In this document: positions 27,001-36,545 of the stretch, in pieces
Layout of the letters: each line of letters begins with the position of its first letter
Numbering within the stretch: the stretch's first letter is position 1
Assembly: GCA_965644265.1 (NCBI GenBank)
Contig: OZ286468.1
Coordinates: 38,626,001 to 38,690,000, forward strand
Source: Glycera tridactyla
Taxonomy: Eukaryota
Reading direction: 5' to 3'
DNA: 64,000 nt
Notes under the pieces: generated by a model
What the model was told of the DNA's origin: nothing
What the model saw: the letters and a program-made list of their open reading frames with translations, nothing else
Databases searched by the model: none
Translations under genes and position numbers: made by a program

Positions 27001-30000
27001 CCCACGCCAACATTGTGAAAATATGAGGCGCTGTACACAGGTTGAATGGCAGGGCTCTGAAGTGGAGGGCTTCGGACTGTGACAGGGCAAACCTCAGGAA
27101 TTTCTGGAACTCAGGTTTGATGGGTACATGAAAGTAAGCATCCATCAGGTCGAAAGAAAACTGTCCAATTGCCTGAAGAGATTGCTTTCACTATTGACCT
27201 CGATATTTCCATCTTGAACCTCTGATTGTAAATATGTTGCTTCAGAGGTTTCAAGTTGACTTCATTACCAGAAATATCCTGCTGTAATACCCTCCCGATC
27301 CATCCTGAGAGATTGGAACAATCACCCCTCTCTCCTTCATGGACTGAATCTCTTCCAGTAAGGCCTCCATCTTGGGATTGCCTCTTCTGGGAAGAGTAAA
27401 CAGCAGCCACTTGGAAGAAAGAATGGGGTTCTTGTGAAACACTCAAGATAAACCTGTCTGAATGATGTACAGAATGAACCTATTGGATGTCAGGTTCTGC
27501 CAAGCCTCTAAAAATACACCTAGCCTCGCTCCCATGACTAATACCGGAGTGACGCCCACACCCCTAGGGCTGAGAAGCACGACCCTTCCTTTTGTCTTGA
27601 AGAAGGTCTTGCCTCCTTCCTTCTGAGCTCCTGTACTAGGAGCATGAGTCACTGACTGAGTCTGAGGTTCTTGTTTCTCAGTTCTACCCTGAAGGGCTAA
27701 ATTCATGATCCTTTGCATGTTAGGAATAATAGGTGAAACTGGTGATGACGAATCTATCATAAAGTCAATATCCCTATTCCTCTTATTAGCCCAAAAGGAA
27801 GAGTCCACCTTGCCTGAGGAAAGTCCTATACCATCGCGAGATGTAGGCTTAGGGTCCTTGAAAAGATTATTCAATCTGTCAAATGCAAACCTTCTAAAGA
27901 CAGTCATCCGCCTTTTAACAACAGGCCTGTCTTCAACATCCGATTTCACAAATAACACAGACTGAGACTCACCATGAGACCTCTTACGAGAATCCCTTTG
28001 TCTCTCCTCCTTCAGTAACCTCACCTCCTCTCTAAGAGCAGCCACCTGAGCAACCATCGCTGGATCTGTCTGAAGGTTAGCCACAACAGGATCCAAGGCA
28101 CTTTGATTATCTCCCATCACTATTGGCTGAGACAAGGTAGCTGTATGGGGAATCTGCTTCTTAGATCCAGTAGGAGCTCTAATAGGAGAGTACTTACGCC
28201 GGGACTGTTTCTGAGAGTTCCACCCATCTAAAATGTCAATAGTTGGTGGATTAGGAGTAGGAAAAGCCGATTGAGATCGCGTAACAGGAGGTGTAGTGCG
28301 AACAAGAGACTGTGCATGAGCAAGAGCATGTGAAGAACTGTCTACTAGAAGAAGTGACGGATTCTGAGCACCAGAAGATACATGAGCTAATGCAGCATCT
28401 ATAGTGTCTAATTCAGCTACCAATCTAGCATGTGAACCTGTGAATCAGTCTTCTCAGTATCTGATAACTTAGAAGCCAAAGGATCTACAACAGGTGATAG
28501 ATGAGATATCTTAGACTGTCCCCCATCTGAATGTTTTGATGATTCTGTGCTATGAACAGAATCCTCTCCACCAGTCATAGCAAATTGTCACTCACTTCCA
28601 TCCCTATCACTCATACTGTCATTCTCAGCTTCATAATCATGTTCACTAGAGCCAACTCCAGTCAACGTCACTGTAAACTTAACTGGAATTTTACACAGCT
28701 CTGGTTGACAAAATATAGCAGAAGGTAAATCATTTCTTGACATATAAGTCTTCACCGCTTCTAGCTTAGCTCGAATTCTGGGATCCTCCTCCCTAACAGC
28801 AAATAACTCTGAAAGGGAAGCCCCTTCTCCAGCCCCTTCACCATCATCATGAGGAATGAGTTTCCTTCCTGAAACCGCGAACACTTCCCTAACACAATCT
28901 TCATCAAATACCAATTGTGCAAGAGGAACAGCCACGCTCTCAGCATCCTCCAAAGAAAGACCTCGAGCAGAAATGATCTGTATATTTTCCTGATCTTCTT
29001 TCAAAGCAGAAGGTATCTTAGCTGGAGGCGGTAACTGAACGATTTGAGGCGAAAGACTGACCCCTTCCCTGGGTGAAACCACATCATCATGAATATTAGA
29101 ACCTTCATCTTCCATATCCTGATTCGAGGGAGGGGTTACTTGAGTCTGAACTGGTTCAGTAACAGGAGCCGCTTCTGACTTAGACTCAGTCATAGTAGGA
29201 ATACAAAACCCTCCTGAGTCAATATGAGACTTCCTGTCCGACGACTTAACCACCTGTCTAGAACGACTATCAGATCTAACACTTGAACTGAAGCTAATAG
29301 CTGACTTACTAGACTTTTTAGCAGATATATCCTCCGGATGAACAATGGACCTACTCTCCCTCAAAGCAGCATAGTGCCTCAAACCGTCATGAGAGGGAGC
29401 AACAGATCTCTGATCTTCCGGTTTTGCTGAAGGGCTGGAATCCACCTGAGACCGGACAAGTGAGCTATGCACAACCGACAACACTAAACCAGACCTCTTC
29501 TCAAGCTTGACAATTGGACCAAGTCCAATCAAACTGTCCGGACCACTGGACCTAGCCGGTGACCGGACCACCGATCTATGACTTGCCGGCGAACGTGACA
29601 CTGGTCTGCTTCTGTCCAGAGCCAACTTCTGGCTTGCAGATACAATGGAACAGGACCGAGCACTAGAAACTACACTTTCAGTAGACTCAGAAGGAATTCT
29701 AGATAAAAGTCCGGAATCCTTGCCGGACTGATCAACTAGAGTGACCAGACAAGGGACCTGTTTTCATTCTAACACTTGTCTGGCCATCCTTCCCACTAGA
29801 AATCACACTCCTAGCACTTGAGCTGCGGTCTGATAAGAGACTCCCAACCGGCCGGACAGGAGAGGACACAATATCTCTATCTGACTTAGAGTTATCATGA
29901 GATTTCACCACCAGACTAGCAGCCTCCACAGCCTTCTTCCACGATCTAGGGCCAACAATTTCATTAGTAAACGAAGCTGGATGTGCACTTGTTCTCAAAG

Positions 30001-31757
30001 CCGGCGGACTGAATTGAACTGAAGGCTTAGAACTGCAAGAGCCTCTAGATCCCGAAGCCACTGACTTTTTAGACTTCCTTGATTTAGACTTGTAAGTCCG
30101 CGTTCCGTATGCCTCTTCCACTGATTTGTAGTCCAGAAGGTGCATACATTACATAAGAACTCCCCCTCCCCCTACCGGATGACTGCCCGCACGGAGGACA
30201 GGAGGGGCACAAGGGACGATCATCCCAAATGGCCAAATGATGACCACATAGACCTCTCTTTTGTGATGTTGACATGTTGCTGGAATGGGGCAAATGATAT
30301 GAAAATCACAGGCCAGAAAAGCTGACCATTTCAGGGTTCATATAAGGACACGCCCACAGGACAACCGTTTGAGTCAACCAACACCACAGTTTAGACGAAT
30401 GAGCGAACTTATAACGTGCACGCCACACATGGCGGAACAAACAGTAAGGCTCGATGAATTGATTGAAGCAAGAACGAATATAGGCAACTATCACAAACCA
30501 TAAGAATCTGCGAATAGTACTGTATGTCATCATAGGGTGGCGCTTTGCGTCAAGGATGGGAAGAGACATCTAAAGAGAGAAAGATTTTTCGTATAAAATT
30601 CGAATGTAGGCGATTCAGTGAGAATAAATGCCTAATTTGATGGAGAAACCAGGTTGTGTGTTAACCTGGTGTGTTACACAGTTTGTCGATATGGACCATC
30701 TATGCTACGACGTCATCACCAAGTCACAATGTCACGTCGCTTGAGCGACTTAGCTACCATTGCTACCATAGCTACCAACATTGACATCGGACTTGAATAG
30801 CGTAACACTTGAAATGTTGAGCCAGGAGGATGATTGCTTTTAAAAGTAAAAACACACATATCTATATACACAAAGATGTTGCATATACAGATATTCAGAT
30901 AGATAGACTGATCAAGCGACAGACAGACAAACAGATAGATATGTAGAGAGTTTGAGACAGATTGATGAAGTGTGTTGAGAAGGATGTGAGAGAGATATGA
31001 TATGCAGGGAAACATATAATCAAACATATCGCCATTGGATTCATATGTGTCATATCCAATTTCAGTGATGGTGCCCGCCAGTCTGGTTTGTTCATAGCAG
31101 CATGTTTCCTGTTGGACAAGTTGAAAGTGGACCGTGAAATTGATGTGTGTCATGTGGTCAAACAGATCCGTCGCTCCCGACTCCAGTTCATTCCAAATGT
31201 GGTCAGTATCAAAATCGTATAGCAATGATAAGTAATCTTGCTCTTCCCTGTGTATTGCTGACTGAAGCTATGGTCACAGTTGTTGGACGGTCAGCTGGTC
31301 AAGTATTAGATCATACTCATAAAGTTCTTACCGAATGCCTCAAGTTAAATCCAGATAGGTCTATATGAGGTCCTATTAAATTAGCCAATTTTGTAGGGAT
31401 GAATCTTCCGAATTGGTAACGATAACGTCTGAACAGTACATATCATCCACCATAATGACAGGAATTATTGTAATTATTTGAGCATATTCTCGCTGACCGA
31501 CCTTCTTGATGTCCCATCAAAATCATGGTCTATTGCTTTGCTACAATATGCTACAGCACTGACTCGAAACCATTTGTCAGAATCTCACTGAGATATGTGA
31601 CCTCTTTATGTTACATGAGCAAGGGTGTCACCTGAACCTGCCCATCCTCGAATAACATCATTTTTTTCATCTTTTGCAGGAGCAGTTCAAGTATCTACAC
31701 GAGGTCGCCATGAAATACATGGAGAGATATGATACCTATTCAAACTTCAACATGTAA
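2868..31757 (+). CDS. Receptor-type protein tyrosine phosphatase, EGF-like/FN3 ectodomain, tandem PTP domains (5'-incomplete, 21 exons seen)
   Basis: Phase-compatible exons with AG/GT(GC) boundaries give EGF-FN3-EGF-FN3-TM-juxtamembrane-PTP D1-PTP D2-stop. PTP motifs: YIASQAP, MWRMIW, KCERYWP, VHCSDGDGRTG, EQYTFLY, EYINAAYV, YITTQWPL, EQFKYL. The first exon begins in phase 1, so the start lies further 5'. Confidence 0.93.
3950..4288 (+). CDS. RPTP exon: fibronectin type III domain
   Basis: attgtag|AGGTC...TTTCA|gtaagt; 339 nt, phase 1-1; VNITDTSITIQF...YKLQYRV...LSPRSESYEIRVVP. Confidence 0.88.
4703..4910. other. Assembly gap (others: 12240-12411, 34548-34902, 38577-38799, 45955-46111)
   Basis: Runs of N. 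Confidence 1.
5111..5239 (+). CDS. RPTP exon: EGF-like repeat (GC donor)
   Basis: ttttag|GTTGT...CAGCAAG|gcaagt; 129 nt, phase 1-1; CKEDFWDEGCNKDCYCTKPCDIYTGLCTAGCMKGKFGSDCQQ. Confidence 0.85.
7112..7432 (+). CDS. RPTP exon: fibronectin type III domain
   Basis: tttcag|ATTTA...TCCA|gtaggt; 321 nt, phase 1-1; STITLHW...YRIQYRV...GLDSDTTYELRIVP. Confidence 0.88.
8092..8200 (+). CDS. RPTP exon: transmembrane helix
   Basis: ttgcag|ATGAG...TACTG|gtgaga; SAIIGIVLGVLAGIVVLLIIIGIVYW. Confidence 0.9.
8477..8637. mobile_element. Tc1/mariner(pogo)-type MITE
   Basis: TA|CAGTTGAAGCTC...GAGGTTCGACTG|TA: imperfect TIRs flanked by a TA duplication; 161 bp, non-coding. Confidence 0.75.
8912..8961 (+). CDS. 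RPTP exon: basic stop-transfer/juxtamembrane
   Basis: gtgcag|GAAG...CAAG|gtgaga; phase 2-1; (W)KMKKSRDGDANPESQQ. Confidence 0.82.
10049..10227 (+). CDS. RPTP exon: juxtamembrane/wedge region
   Basis: ttgcag|CCATG...TATATG|gtaggc; phase 1-0; ...PHLYEPVND...PIPVKQLVMHF...LNNEYM. Confidence 0.85.
10732..10819 (+). CDS. RPTP exon: D1 pTyr-loop region
   Basis: ttgtag|AAGCTC...ACAT|gtaagt; 88 nt, phase 0-1; KLTSFPVGIYENDPKPVNQGQNMCDDNST(Y), aligning to K.P.N..KNRY.NI.PY. Confidence 0.8.
12136..12239 (+). CDS. RPTP exon: D1 DYINA exon, truncated by assembly gap
   Basis: ctcttag|ATGAA... in phase 1 reads (Y)EPLRRMEASQGSNTMIYQNGDLVNGTQDDDHINA then Ns; DDHINA corresponds to DYINA; the donor is not visible. 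Confidence 0.55.
13096..13233 (+). CDS. RPTP exon: D1 core
   Basis: ttccag|GGTTAC...GGCAAG|gtaagt; GYNDRARAYIASQAPTSKTRVHMWRMIWKEKVDRVVMLTNLKEAGK. Confidence 0.95.
13962..14084 (+). CDS. RPTP exon: D1 KCxxYWP
   Basis: ttgcag|TGGAAG...TGTCAG|gtaagt; WKCERYWPVDVEM...FADYTIRELSVRCQ. Confidence 0.95.
14537..14682 (+). CDS. RPTP exon: D1 WPD loop (WPE) to VHC
   Basis: gtgtag|GATGGT...TGCAG|gtatgt; RHVRHFHFTGWPEQGVP...GPLLVHC(S). Confidence 0.95.
14924..15059 (+). CDS. RPTP exon: D1 P-loop to Q-loop
   Basis: ttgcag|TGATGG...AATCTT|gtgagt; 136 nt; (S)DGDGRTGTYIAMD...QMRRAHAYIVQNL. Confidence 0.95.
15573..15722 (+). CDS. RPTP exon: end of D1/interdomain linker
   Basis: ttgcag|GAACAG...TTCCTG|gtgagc; 150 nt; EQYTFLYNSVQEALCFGQT...RLEEQFL. 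Confidence 0.93.
17164..17266 (+). CDS. RPTP exon: start of D2
   Basis: atacag|ATCCTG...ACCCT|gtgagt; phase 0-1; ...KNFSRNRNQATIP. Confidence 0.85.
18046..18119 (+). CDS. RPTP exon: D2 YINA
   Basis: tttcag|TTGAT...GTAGCG|gtaagg; DHVRPHLSTAMHNTTEYINAAYVA. Confidence 0.9.
20305..20439 (+). CDS. RPTP exon: D2 core
   Basis: ttccag|GGCCAC...CACAAG|gtaatc; GHRKQRAYITTQWPLQETVGDIWRLLLD. Confidence 0.92.
21653..21790 (+). CDS. RPTP exon: D2 FWP
   Basis: tgacag|ACCTAT...AAGAAG|gtaggc; TYPVFWPEQKSAPLVIPPLKIEL...; phase 0-0. Confidence 0.85.
22248..22405 (+). CDS. RPTP exon: D2 WPD-equivalent to VQC
   Basis: atacag|GGGAAA...TGCAC|gtgagt; LKQYCLRDWDVNSDLPPS...KWQQQSGNSVITVQC. Confidence 0.92.
23476..23623 (-). 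repeat. DIRS 3' inverted terminal repeat (plus 40-nt terminal extension 23436-23475)
   Basis: Reverse complement of 30516-30665 with scattered mismatches. Confidence 0.9.
23733..23833 (-). repeat. DIRS internal complementary region (ICR)
   Basis: First half complements the 23436-23500 end and second half complements the 30635-30665 end; the two halves join across a G14 run. Confidence 0.9.
23874..25086 (-). pseudogene. DIRS tyrosine recombinase (frameshifted)
   Basis: ORF pieces 24595-25086, 24179-24406 and 23874-24182: YDTRWARWESWC, LCPVRAL, VSVHELRALSTSW, AFWRARNTFGSYYLRD. Confidence 0.88.
25091..25830. mobile_element. 740-bp MITE nested in the DIRS pol frame
   Basis: TIRs CATGTC(G/T)TTAATGCAGATTT; flanks AGACT / AGA-T; removing it restores WPNQSWFPDL in the DIRS frame. 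Confidence 0.8.
25831..27446 (-). pseudogene. DIRS pol: RT, RNase H and N6-adenine methyltransferase-like domain (disrupted)
   Basis: NLKPL...RFKME, DAYFHVPI, YYLDDW, GWMVNEKKSDLVPSQ, FLTDSSLQGWGAH, RARHIPGKRNVLADALSR, VDLMATPHNSKLPVFVSP...AVDALSMSW. Confidence 0.9.
27443..30293 (-). pseudogene. DIRS gag-like ORF1 (N-terminal Cys/His cluster, Ser/Arg-rich body; fragmented)
   Basis: CGHHLAIWDDRPLCPSC..PCG, then CNVCTFW in a shifted frame; long S/R-rich ORF pieces 29732-30145, 28588-29625 and 27443-28423 lie in the expected position upstream of RT. Confidence 0.7.
30516..30665 (-). repeat. DIRS 5' inverted terminal repeat
   Basis: Inverted match to 23476-23623. Confidence 0.9.
31066..31201 (+). 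CDS. RPTP exon: D2 P-loop (degenerate)
   Basis: tttcag|TGATGG...AATGTG|gtcagt; 136 nt; (T)DGARQSGLFIAACFLLDKLKVDREIDVCHVVKQIRRSR. Confidence 0.93.
31680..31757 (+). CDS. RPTP terminal coding exon
   Basis: ttgcag|GAGCAG...; EQFKYLHEVAMKYMERYDTYSNFNM*. Confidence 0.93.
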   Translation, partial: EQFKYLHEVAMKYMERYDTYSNFNM

Positions 31758-34700
31758 TCTGAAATCGGCATCTTCAACCTCATCGACTCTGAAAACAATG
31801 GGACATTTCATCATAGATATGGTTTGGCAGTGTACCCGGTGAATGTGCAGGTCTAATATTCTGAGGTGATATATCTATCGTGTGAATGATAATTTTCCCC
31901 AAAATAGTTATCACTAATTCACATCAGAAATGTTATTCACCGTGGTCTTGCCACCTGGTAATCCAGATGTTCTTCAACTGTTCCAAATACTTCTTTCGAA
32001 TACTTGATATCATACTTGAATTGTTTCTATATAGTTTTGTGACTGTAGTACTGTATAGGGCTGTAGATGCATCAGAGGTACTATATATAGTAGAAGCATT
32101 TATGTGCCTTTATGAAACCCATTTAGGTATGATTAAAAGACTGTTTTAGCCCCAAAAACTGAATGTTTTAGGATCCAATTTCTGAGCCGAGCAGCGACCC
32201 ATAGTTTGAGCCATGTTTTGACTCGTTAGAAACACACTCCAGGGTCCCTCACATTGTGATCATGTTTTGTCAGTCAAATGGAAGATTTCAAAGCCATATC
32301 AGGCCTTGCCAATGGATATGTTTTCCCATACTGAGTTTTCTGCTTAATATATATGTTTAGAGTATTGTTCAGTAAGTATATGTCTGAATTTTACTCTGAT
32401 GAGCAGCACCAATGATCTGCACGAGCGAGGAAACACATGCATTTCACTTTGGGCCCTTGACAACATGGTATCCTGACAATCAGCAAGACAAATGATTTGT
32501 ATCCTTTTTCGGAGACTGACAGAAATCCATTGGGCACTTTCCTGGTGCACTTTATTTGTTTCAAAACATGTTTCAAGCTTGGCAATAATATGCTTTTTGT
32601 TCGATAGGAACAATGACATTCCCGTCGTAGACTAGGGTGACTGCATGAATGTTCATGCTATCATTGTTATATGTATGAGATAGATTCAGTTTTCAAAATT
32701 TCCTTAATGGTTGTCTGTCTGTGTGCTTGTCTGACTATCCACCTGTATGTTTGTCTGTCTGTCTGTCCGTCTATCTATTGTACCTGATCATAGGATTGAC
32801 TAGAGGTTTGTGAAAGACATAAATGGTTATTCGTAAATCATGCATTGTCCTTTTGTCACACTAAGCAGATGCAGTGGTGGGCACGAGCTGGTCCAAGAAC
32901 TTTGTATATCTTACATTAGGCACAAAAATCTTCGACATATAAACTAGACACTTGTACATCAACTTATGCGTGACTCATCATTCTGTGGGACGAAATTGCT
33001 TTACCTGTATCTCAATCCATCACGTATAAGCCCTGCTTTTTTTGAATTACTAGCAACGGTAATACAGAGAACTTTATCAAACTGTCTGTCTGTCTGTCCA
33101 GCCCTGTTTGCTCTTGTTTTCTGTCAGTCTCTCTATCTCCATCTGCTTGTCTGCTCTCGGTTTGTGCGTGAGCTTATATTGATTGAACTTTTTCCAGTAT
33201 CTATCTGAATCTTTTCACTGACGGTAATGTGCTGTCCTGGTGAAGACTTTCATATATCCATGTAGCAATGTGCATGAGAATGATTATTGTTAGTGCTCAA
33301 CCTATAGAGGTTCGCAATTGTACATTTTTGCTCAGGTGAAGGTCATGCCTTGGCCATGTTGCTGCTGTCAGTAGGTAGGAACGCTTTTTCGCTCAAAGTG
33401 AGGAACATGATTTAGTTCCAGTATCACTTTCAGCCTTATATTGGAGCAATCATATATGTACCTAAATGTTCACTGATATTTTGGTAAGTTTAGCGCAGGC
33501 AGTAATATTTGATGATTGTGAAAGAAAACTCCCCTGTGTAGCATTCTGTCTCTGTATCCTCAGGATTTTATCAGTCAGGCAACTACTTTGGTTATTTATT
33601 TTATGAAGGGCCTGCTTCCTCTGTTTTAATACCTTGGCCGGAATACAAAACAGTGAAAACATAATGCTAGATTGGACAATTCTGAAACACCACTCCAATG
33701 GTACATATAGGATTTCCGGGTGCGAATCATGATCTGATGTACACAAACTATCTTTCACTCTTAAAACATCCTTTATCGTCCCTTCATTCATATTTTACAC
33801 ATTTTGTGCATTATAGGAATTTTAAGAAGAGGGGAGGGCGATACCACGATGTCATCAATCCCCTCAGCTAGAAGAGGACGACATGAGTTCAGCTGAAAGT
33901 CCATCATTCAGGATTCTTTCAGTGAATTTGCATTCGATTGAGCAGATAATAGATAATGTAGGGTCATATGAGTGCTATGTTTTAAAAACGAAGCATGTCT
34001 ATGCACAATTGTCTAATTTTGAAGGAAGCCTCCATTATTTAGAGGTCTGATGATTGAGTTTATTAGCAACAGATAATTTAGCTCATCTAGTGTATTTGCT
34101 TACTTTGCTTTGGTAGAAAAACAGAACAGATGATAGTTGTGGAATGTTCTTATTGAATGATTTCGAAAGTTTATGGAATATTTGATCTTGATGAGAATAA
34201 GCATGTGAATTATATCCAATAGGTCTATCTGACATGTTTGATACATGGGTGAACAGATCTGAGAATGTTCTCTGAATTTGGTACAAGCTATGCTGAAACA
34301 TTGTGAAAGATATCTGAAATTATCATAGATCTACTATCACACAGTTGGCTCTCAATAAAACTGTTCACAACAATTTCACTCGTTCTGTCCTGTATAAAGC
34401 AACATTGTTGTGAAATTCACAGACAATTCCTACGAATATTCCGCCATGCCACGATCCCTAGAATTCAAATATTCTCGCGAAGAATTGGACCATCAATCGA
34501 ATATTTGGCCCCCCCCCAGAAAGAGGCCCTCTTATAGGTGATCACGCNNNNNNNNNNNNNNNNNNNNNNNNNNNNNNNNNNNNNNNNNNNNNNNNNNNNN
34601 NNNNNNNNNNNNNNNNNNNNNNNNNNNNNNNNNNNNNNNNNNNNNNNNNNNNNNNNNNNNNNNNNNNNNNNNNNNNNNNNNNNNNNNNNNNNNNNNNNNN

Positions 34701-35942
34701 NNNNNNNNNNNNNNNNNNNNNNNNNNNNNNNNNNNNNNNNNNNNNNNNNNNNNNNNNNNNNNNNNNNNNNNNNNNNNNNNNNNNNNNNNNNNNNNNNNNN
34801 NNNNNNNNNNNNNNNNNNNNNNNNNNNNNNNNNNNNNNNNNNNNNNNNNNNNNNNNNNNNNNNNNNNNNNNNNNNNNNNNNNNNNNNNNNNNNNNNNNNN
34901 NNATGCATCGAGCAAACTGGTTACATCAATTTGGGATTAGGTATATCAGGTATACTAGGTATGTTATATTTATGCTATGATAGGGTAATTTTGATGACGG
35001 AACTAACCCAACAGTTTTGGTGACATATGATCCGTCACCAAGGATTGTTTTGAGACATTATCGCCAGGGCAATACTGATATATGTCAGTAAATGCCATAT
35101 TGCTTCCAAAAGATTCACCAAACAGTGCACTCCATCAGGTCAACTTTCAATATTTTTACCGCAAATATCAATTTTATGAGAGATACATCACCTGACTGAA
35201 AATTGTGCCAATGCCAAATTGTTCAGCTCGATAAGACGCACATATCTATAACAGATATTAATGAGATGATGGCTGTGCGCCAGGCCTCAAATTCATCATA
35301 TGAGAGGACATCATTGCCATGGCAACCAGGCGGAAGACGATGACTATAAATGAAACCTAGCAAAAACTGATAGACAACGATCTGACCAATAAGAGAGTGT
35401 TTGATTGTTTGTACTTTCGAAAAACAGGATGGTTGAATTTCTAGGAATACTGAAAAATAATCATGGATATTTGGTATCTAGTAAAAGTGTAATAACAACT
35501 TGAGTATCCTCAACCTGATACCTCACTATTGGTCGCGCACCAGATAAAATCAGCTATTCAGTTGGTATTAAACCCTTATTTCTATGATTAGCTGCATACT
35601 CTGACTCGATACCCTGGGAGTGGATGATATCTTTTGTGTGTCTTATTCAAAGTAAAAGATGGATCGTGTTTATGACAGTGTACGTTTTTCAATATGGATC
35701 TGATTCTGTTCAAAGAGGAGAAAAGATGCCATGACAACTATCGCTGTCACTACCACAGCTAACACCACTGCCATGATCATTTATCATTATCATCAGTTTG
35801 GGTATCACAATCATAATTCATATTAGGTTTGGTTGATGAGTCGAAACCTGAAGATTTTGAGAAATTTACAGAGAGATGTGTCCATAATTGCTACTGGAAA
35901 CTTTTCTCTCTTGAACTATTCAAAAAATGTAAATGTAGTGGT

Positions 35943-36545
35943 TCACAGTCCGGTACACTCAGCAAGTTCACCTGACTTCACAATCTTGTCAGAACTGTTC
36001 AAGCTCGAGCCTTTCTCTTCTCCCTGGGAAGTATACAACCACAGACCAAGAATTGACTGCATTGACTCTGCACCATCACTGCCTATAGCCGAGTACCCAT
36101 TTACACCCAGGTGAAGTGAAGTGGTGGAGTACAGAAATTCCACCCAGTCAGTTCCACAAAGACCAGACAGATGTATGTAATGGTGCAGGTCTGGTATAGA
36201 ATGGTGAACCCTGTCCAGCTTGGTCACCAATCCAAGCTGCTCATAGTTGTTAAGAATGCTGTTGACTTGCGATCCGCAGTGACTGCACCTACCTCACTCC
36301 ATATTGCAAACAGATTTCTCCACCTGCTGCATGAGCACTAGTACATCCATATAGTGGAAAGAAACGCCATGAACACATTGGAATCCTGTTACTTGTGTCA
36401 TGATTGTGCTGTCGTGGGGCAAAATAAAAGGTTTTTCAAGTACATCTTCAACTTCAATATTAGTGCACATGACTCTTGAGAATACATAGTCCCATGTACT
36501 GAGGGATACTTGGGATTCCGGAATGCAGGACCAGACTAGTTGCAT
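35943..36545 (-). pseudogene. Unassigned decayed reading frame (~200 codons, one internal TGA)
   Basis: ORFs 36294-36545 and 35943-36230 share a frame and join across a single TGA; no family recognised. Confidence 0.3.

Larger units (their letters stand above)
23436..30665 (-). mobile_element. DIRS1-type tyrosine-recombinase retrotransposon (decayed, ends recognisable), antisense in an RPTP intron
   Basis: ITRs at 23476-23623 and 30516-30665; ICR at 23733-23833 complementary to both ends; minus-strand gag-like, RT (DAYFHVPI, YLDDW), RNase H (FLTDSSLQGWGAH), methyltransferase-like and YR (HELRA, TFGSYYLRD) fragments, broken by frameshifts and stops. Confidence 0.93.
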
